64,000 nucleotides of DNA, from assembly GCA_963813535.1 (NCBI GenBank), contig CAWEZH010000002.1:128001-192000 (forward strand). The letters run 5' to 3'. Shown in pieces: positions 60,452-64,000 of this stretch. The position numbers were made by a program, and so were the translations under genes. The notes under the pieces were generated by a model. It searched no databases and was not told the DNA's origin. It saw only the letters and a list, made by a program, of their open reading frames with translations. Origin of the DNA: an uncultured Chloroflexia bacterium (GTDB lineage Bacteria > Chloroflexota > Limnocylindria > Limnocylindrales > CSP1-4). Each line of letters starts with the position of its first letter. Positions within the stretch are counted from its first letter, which is position 1.

Positions 60452-60871
60452 CGACCGGAGCCTTTCGACGCGGCGGCCTGGAGCTTGCGCCAGCCGCCGG
60501 CCCGGTTGTTCGCGATGATCGCCTTGAACATCGCCAGGAGCGCCCGCTCGTTGATCGGCTCGCCCTGGCGGTAGCTGATCTGCCGGCCGGTCTTGTTGTC
60601 GTGACCGGCGGTGATGATGCCCTCCGGGTCGGGCGCGATCGGGTCGTACAGGAAGACGTTGACGTGGTCCTTCGCGGCGAGGAACGCGCAGATGTTGCCG
60701 TCCAGGACGAAGTACGGCTGGACCGTGCGCTTGATCGTCTCCTCGACCTCGGGGTCGGCCTCGTGCACGAGATCGCGGACCCGGCTGAAGATCTCGCGCT
60801 GCCAGTCGGGCAGGGGAGCCAGGTAGGCGTCGACCCGGGGATCCTTCGATGTACGGCGACGCGGCAGTCAT
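60448..60871 (-). CDS. DUF1801 (YdhG-like) protein (apparent frameshifts near the 5' end; start approximate)
   Basis: DPRVDAYL..LPDWQ...VRDLVHEADPEVEETIKR. Confidence 0.8.
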
Positions 60872-60986
60872 CGGGTCGAGCATACGACTCGGGCGTGAGC
60901 ACATGATCGCGCGGGGCGCGGCGCTCCCATAATGTCGCCATGGTCGGTGTCAGCGTCACCGCTGCAGTCCTCGACCGATAGCCGTC

Positions 60987-62681
60987 GTGACTTCCGCTAG
61001 TGGTCTCGCCGATCAGAGTGCCTCCGGGTCCCTGCGCGCGGTCCTGACGAACGCCGGCCTGCTGCGGATCGTCGCCGGCTGGAGCTGCGGGATCGCGGGT
61101 GATACCGCGCTATTGGTTGCGATCCTGATCATCGCCTTCCAGCAGGGCGGACCGCTGGCCGTGGGAGTGTTCGGTGCCGTCCGGATCGCTCCGTCGATCA
61201 TCGCGGGGCCGCTGCTCGCCGGGCCGGCCAGCCGCCTGCACCCGACACGGCTGCTCCTGAGCGTTCAACTGATCCGGGCGATCGCGGCAGTCGCCGCGGT
61301 CGGTGTCATCGTGGCCGGCGGCTCGTTGCCGGCACTGTTCCTCGCGAACGCCGTCGGGGCGACGGCAGGCGCCCTGGTTCGACCCTCCCAGTCCGCGGCT
61401 TTGCCATCACTGGCGCGGACGCCAGGCGAGCTGGTCGCCGCCAACGTCGCCTTGTCTACGGGCGAGGGACTGGGCGCCTTTGCCGGTCCACTCCTCGCGG
61501 GAATCCTCGTGGCCGTATCCGGTCCACTGGCCGCGGCGGTCGCCGGCACGGTCCTGTTCGGCCTCGCGACGTTGTCGATGGTCGGTCTCGGGTCATCCGC
61601 CGACGACGAGGCCGAAGCGGCCGCGGAGCAGCGGGCGCGGGAGGCCCTCGCCGAGAGTCGGGCGGCGGGCGGTCCCCTCGGGGAGGTGACTGATGGCATT
61701 CGCGTCGTTCGGCGTCGACCGGGCGCGACCGCGCTGTTCGTCGGCCTCGGGAGCCAGGTCGCGACGCGCGGGCTGATGATCGCGCTGATTCCCGCCGCAT
61801 CGTTCAACCTTCTTGGGCTTGGCGAGCCGGGGGTCGGAACGTTGAACGCTGCCTGGGGTCTCGGCGGGCTGCTCGGTGGCCTGGCGGCGGTCGGCCTCGC
61901 GAGTCGGCAGAGGCTAGGCCCCGCCTTTGCGCTATCGCTTGTGCTGTGGGGGCTCCCGTTGGCGGTCATCGGCGCCGTACCACTGCCGGTCGTCGCGTTC
62001 GCTGCGATGTTCGCCTCCGGCACAGGTAACGCGACGATCGACATTTCCGGCTTCACCCTGCTGCAACGAACGATCCCGTCGGCCGATCGGATGGTCGCTT
62101 TCGTCCTTGTCGAGGCGATCGCCGGACTTGGCATGGCTCTGGGGTCGATCCTCGCTCCGGTCCTCCTCGCCGCCGTCGGCGACCGCGGAGCGTTGCTCCT
62201 GGCCGGTGCGATCCTGCCGATCGTCTCAGTCGCGACGTGGGGCCGGATCAAGCGCGTCGACGAGGAGGCGGTCGTTCCGACCGAGCAGCTCGCGATCCTG
62301 CGTAGTGCGCCGATGTTTGAACGGTTGCCGATGACCGCGCTCGAGCGACTGGCGGAGGGCATGCGGTCGGTCGCGTTCGAGCCCGCCAGCGACATCGTGC
62401 GTGAAGGCGAGAGGGGCGACGCCTACCTGATCGTGGGCGCCGGGCGTGTCGAGGTCAGCGTGGCCGGACAGCCGGTCGCCAAGCTCGGACCTGGGCAAGC
62501 GTTTGGCGAGATCGCGCTGCTACGCGGCGTACCTCGCACGGCTACCGTTCGAGCGATCGTCCCGACGACGATCTACACGATCGCCTGCAGCGATTTCCAC
62601 GAGGCGATCTCTGGTCCGACCAGCGCGGCGATCGCCAATCGGGTTGCCACCGAGCACCTCGCTAGGGAGGCTCGCGCGTAG
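60987..62681 (+). CDS. MFS transporter with C-terminal cyclic-nucleotide-binding domain
   Basis: About 12 TM, then IVREGERGD...GQAFGEIALLRGVPRTATV. Confidence 0.88.
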   Translation: MTSASGLADQSASGSLRAVLTNAGLLRIVAGWSCGIAGDTALLVAILIIAFQQGGPLAVGVFGAVRIAPSIIAGPLLAGPASRLHPTRLLLSVQLIRAIAAVAAVGVIVAGGSLPALFLANAVGATAGALVRPSQSAALPSLARTPGELVAANVALSTGEGLGAFAGPLLAGILVAVSGPLAAAVAGTVLFGLATLSMVGLGSSADDEAEAAAEQRAREALAESRAAGGPLGEVTDGIRVVRRRPGATALFVGLGSQVATRGLMIALIPAASFNLLGLGEPGVGTLNAAWGLGGLLGGLAAVGLASRQRLGPAFALSLVLWGLPLAVIGAVPLPVVAFAAMFASGTGNATIDISGFTLLQRTIPSADRMVAFVLVEAIAGLGMALGSILAPVLLAAVGDRGALLLAGAILPIVSVATWGRIKRVDEEAVVPTEQLAILRSAPMFERLPMTALERLAEGMRSVAFEPASDIVREGERGDAYLIVGAGRVEVSVAGQPVAKLGPGQAFGEIALLRGVPRTATVRAIVPTTIYTIACSDFHEAISGPTSAAIANRVATEHLAREARA

Positions 62682-62792
62682 GCGAACGGGTGACCGGGAT
62701 GCGATCGCCGGCGTTCCCACTGAAGATCAGGCCGGCCGGACCAGGGCTCCGCACCGGGGCTGCTCGACCCCGGGATGTAGATCAGGCTCCGC

Positions 62793-62812
62793 TGATGACC
62801 TTGGACCGCATC
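62793..62812. repeat. isolated B box of the palindromic repeat family
   Basis: TGATGACCTTGGACCGCATC. Confidence 0.6.
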
Positions 62813-62822
62813 GGGAGGCTGT

Positions 62823-62955
62823 TGTAAGGGTCTCCGGTCGCCAGCGTCAGAGAAACATCGACCTTGGATGATCGGGTGAGGTTATGTCGACCACCGCGAC
62901 ACGAAACAAGCCATCTCTCGGCCCGCTCCTCGCCGCGAGCCTGTGCTCTGCTGTG
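62823..62955 (+). repeat. ~130-bp imperfect direct repeat, copy 1 (promoter + RBS + signal-peptide start)
   Basis: Matches 63512-63645: CTCCGGTCGCC.GCGTCAGAGA.ACATC...TGGATGATCGGGTGAGGT.ATGTCGAC...CGAAACAAGC.ATCTCTC...CTCCTCGCCGCGAGC. Confidence 0.85.
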
Positions 62956-63559
62956 GTTCCGGGCCGGCGGTTGTCGTTGATGGCAGCATCACTCGTCGCC
63001 CTCGGCGCAGTCGTGCTCGCCTCGCCGGCGCCAGCCGCTGCCGTGGACGTCACATTCGAGCCGAGCCAGGGTCGACCGGGGAGCAAGATCGCCATCCCGG
63101 AGACGATCTGTGCGTATCAACAGTCTGGCCTTGACCAGGTCTGGTTCAGCGACCGGTTCGTGCCCCCGAGCCCCGACGGGATCACAGACTTCCGCCCGGT
63201 GGCGACCGCGATCCTCACGCCCGTCGGAGGCACGGAAACCGAGTTCGGCATCATCGATGCCGCCGCGAGGTTCGTTGTCCCCCGGCTGCCCGCCGGCCGG
63301 TACTACCTGTATGTGGCGTGTTGGGACGCTGACGCCTGCTGCGTGCCACTCGAGCCGACGTTCCGCGTCCTCGGGGCACCCGATACGTCGACCGAGGAGG
63401 TGCTCACGAGCGGAAACGGGCACTCCGTGGTGGGTACTCGGTCTTGCATTCGGGCTCGGGTTCGCAGTGACCGCGATCCGCTTGCGTGACCGTCGGGGAG
63501 CCGCGATCGCCCGCAAGCCGCTCCGGTCGCCGGCGTCAGAGACACATCTACCTGGATGA
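62884..63559 (+). CDS. exported protein with C-terminal PDTST motif and TM anchor (apparent frameshift near 63420)
   Basis: Hydrophobic N-terminus; Ig-like-looking core; APDTST followed in an alternative frame by WWVLGLAFGLGFAV and a basic tail. Confidence 0.6.
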
Positions 63560-63645
63560 TCGGGTGAGGTCATGTCGACAAGCACGATCCGAAACAAGCG
63601 ATCTCTCAGTCCCACTCCTCGCCGCGAGCTGGTGCTCAGCTGCGG
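63512..63645 (+). repeat. ~130-bp imperfect direct repeat, copy 2
   Basis: See 62823-62955. Confidence 0.85.
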
Positions 63646-64000
63646 TGGCAGCGCTCCGCCATCACCCTCCGCTGAGGCACCGACCCTCCCGGCGAGCCCG
63701 GCGGCATCGACTCCATCGGTCGCATCCCCGGCAGCCTCGCCGACGGAATTCACGTCCGAGCGGTACGGGTATTCCCTGCGGCTGCCGACGGGCTGGTACA
63801 TGCGCTCGGAGGGTCCGGGCAAGTGGACGCCGTTCGAGATCAGCTACTTCGGCGCTGGGACCGACTCGTTCGAAGAGGACTACGAAGGGCGCGGCGAGAT
63901 CCTCGACTTCCCGGGTATCACGTACGGGTTCTACGTCTCCGCGTCCGAGCTCTCGAAGCCGACGACCCTCGACGCGTGGACGGATCTGCTGGCATCGACG
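63572..64000 (+). CDS. probable lipoprotein, runs off the window end
   Basis: Open frame to the window end: LVLSCGG, Pro/Ser linker, FTSERYGYSLRLPTGW. Confidence 0.65.
   Translation, partial: MSTSTIRNKRSLSPTPRRELVLSCGGSAPPSPSAEAPTLPASPAASTPSVASPAASPTEFTSERYGYSLRLPTGWYMRSEGPGKWTPFEISYFGAGTDSFEEDYEGRGEILDFPGITYGFYVSASELSKPTTLDAWTDLLAST

Noticed and set aside
2098-62395. Numerous long antisense or alternate-frame ORFs (e.g. 2098-3795, 8841-10328, 9398-11164, 51578-53071)
   Set aside because: Shadow ORFs expected at this GC content; Arg/Pro/Gly-rich with no motifs, and they overlap well-supported genes
14295-63559. Many frameshifted genes (adh, HAAS, merR, tetR, S41, CHATs, SRPBCC, VOC, dinB) as pseudogenes or programmed frameshifting
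   Set aside because: Single-base indels are scattered across unrelated gene types with catalytic motifs intact and no shared slippery motif; long-read consensus error is the simplest explanation

Overview
High-GC bacterial chromosomal window. Gene content (F420-dependent DDN enzymes, ECF sigma factors, PadR-HAAS pairs, many leaderless starts) resembles Chloroflexota or Actinomycetota; this is an inference. About 60 CDS were found, with no rRNA, tRNA, CRISPR array, integrase or transposase. More than a dozen genes are broken by single-base frameshifts, most likely long-read assembly errors. The two flanks carry housekeeping and regulatory genes: ppdK, ndh, glpK, a ferredoxin-NADP reductase, a two-component system, a CarH-like B12 photoreceptor, TetR/PadR regulators and an ECF41 sigma factor. 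The standout feature is a ~23 kb island (32185-55031) of mostly signal-peptide-less proteases and hydrolases. It holds an alpha/beta hydrolase, two gluzincins, an MBL hydrolase, a C39-like protease, a tandem UDG-like protein, an amidohydrolase-S41 fusion, a metzincin-like protease and three CHAT (caspase-like) proteases, two of them apparently transmembrane receptors. Two small genes in the island are stand-alone copies of non-catalytic domains of neighbouring proteases, and a PVRRG motif recurs in the linkers of three unrelated proteins. Together this suggests an undescribed intracellular proteolytic cascade (conflict, defence or cell death). The window also contains a two-box palindromic intergenic repeat family (5 copies) and two small gene modules flanked by duplicated gene ends.
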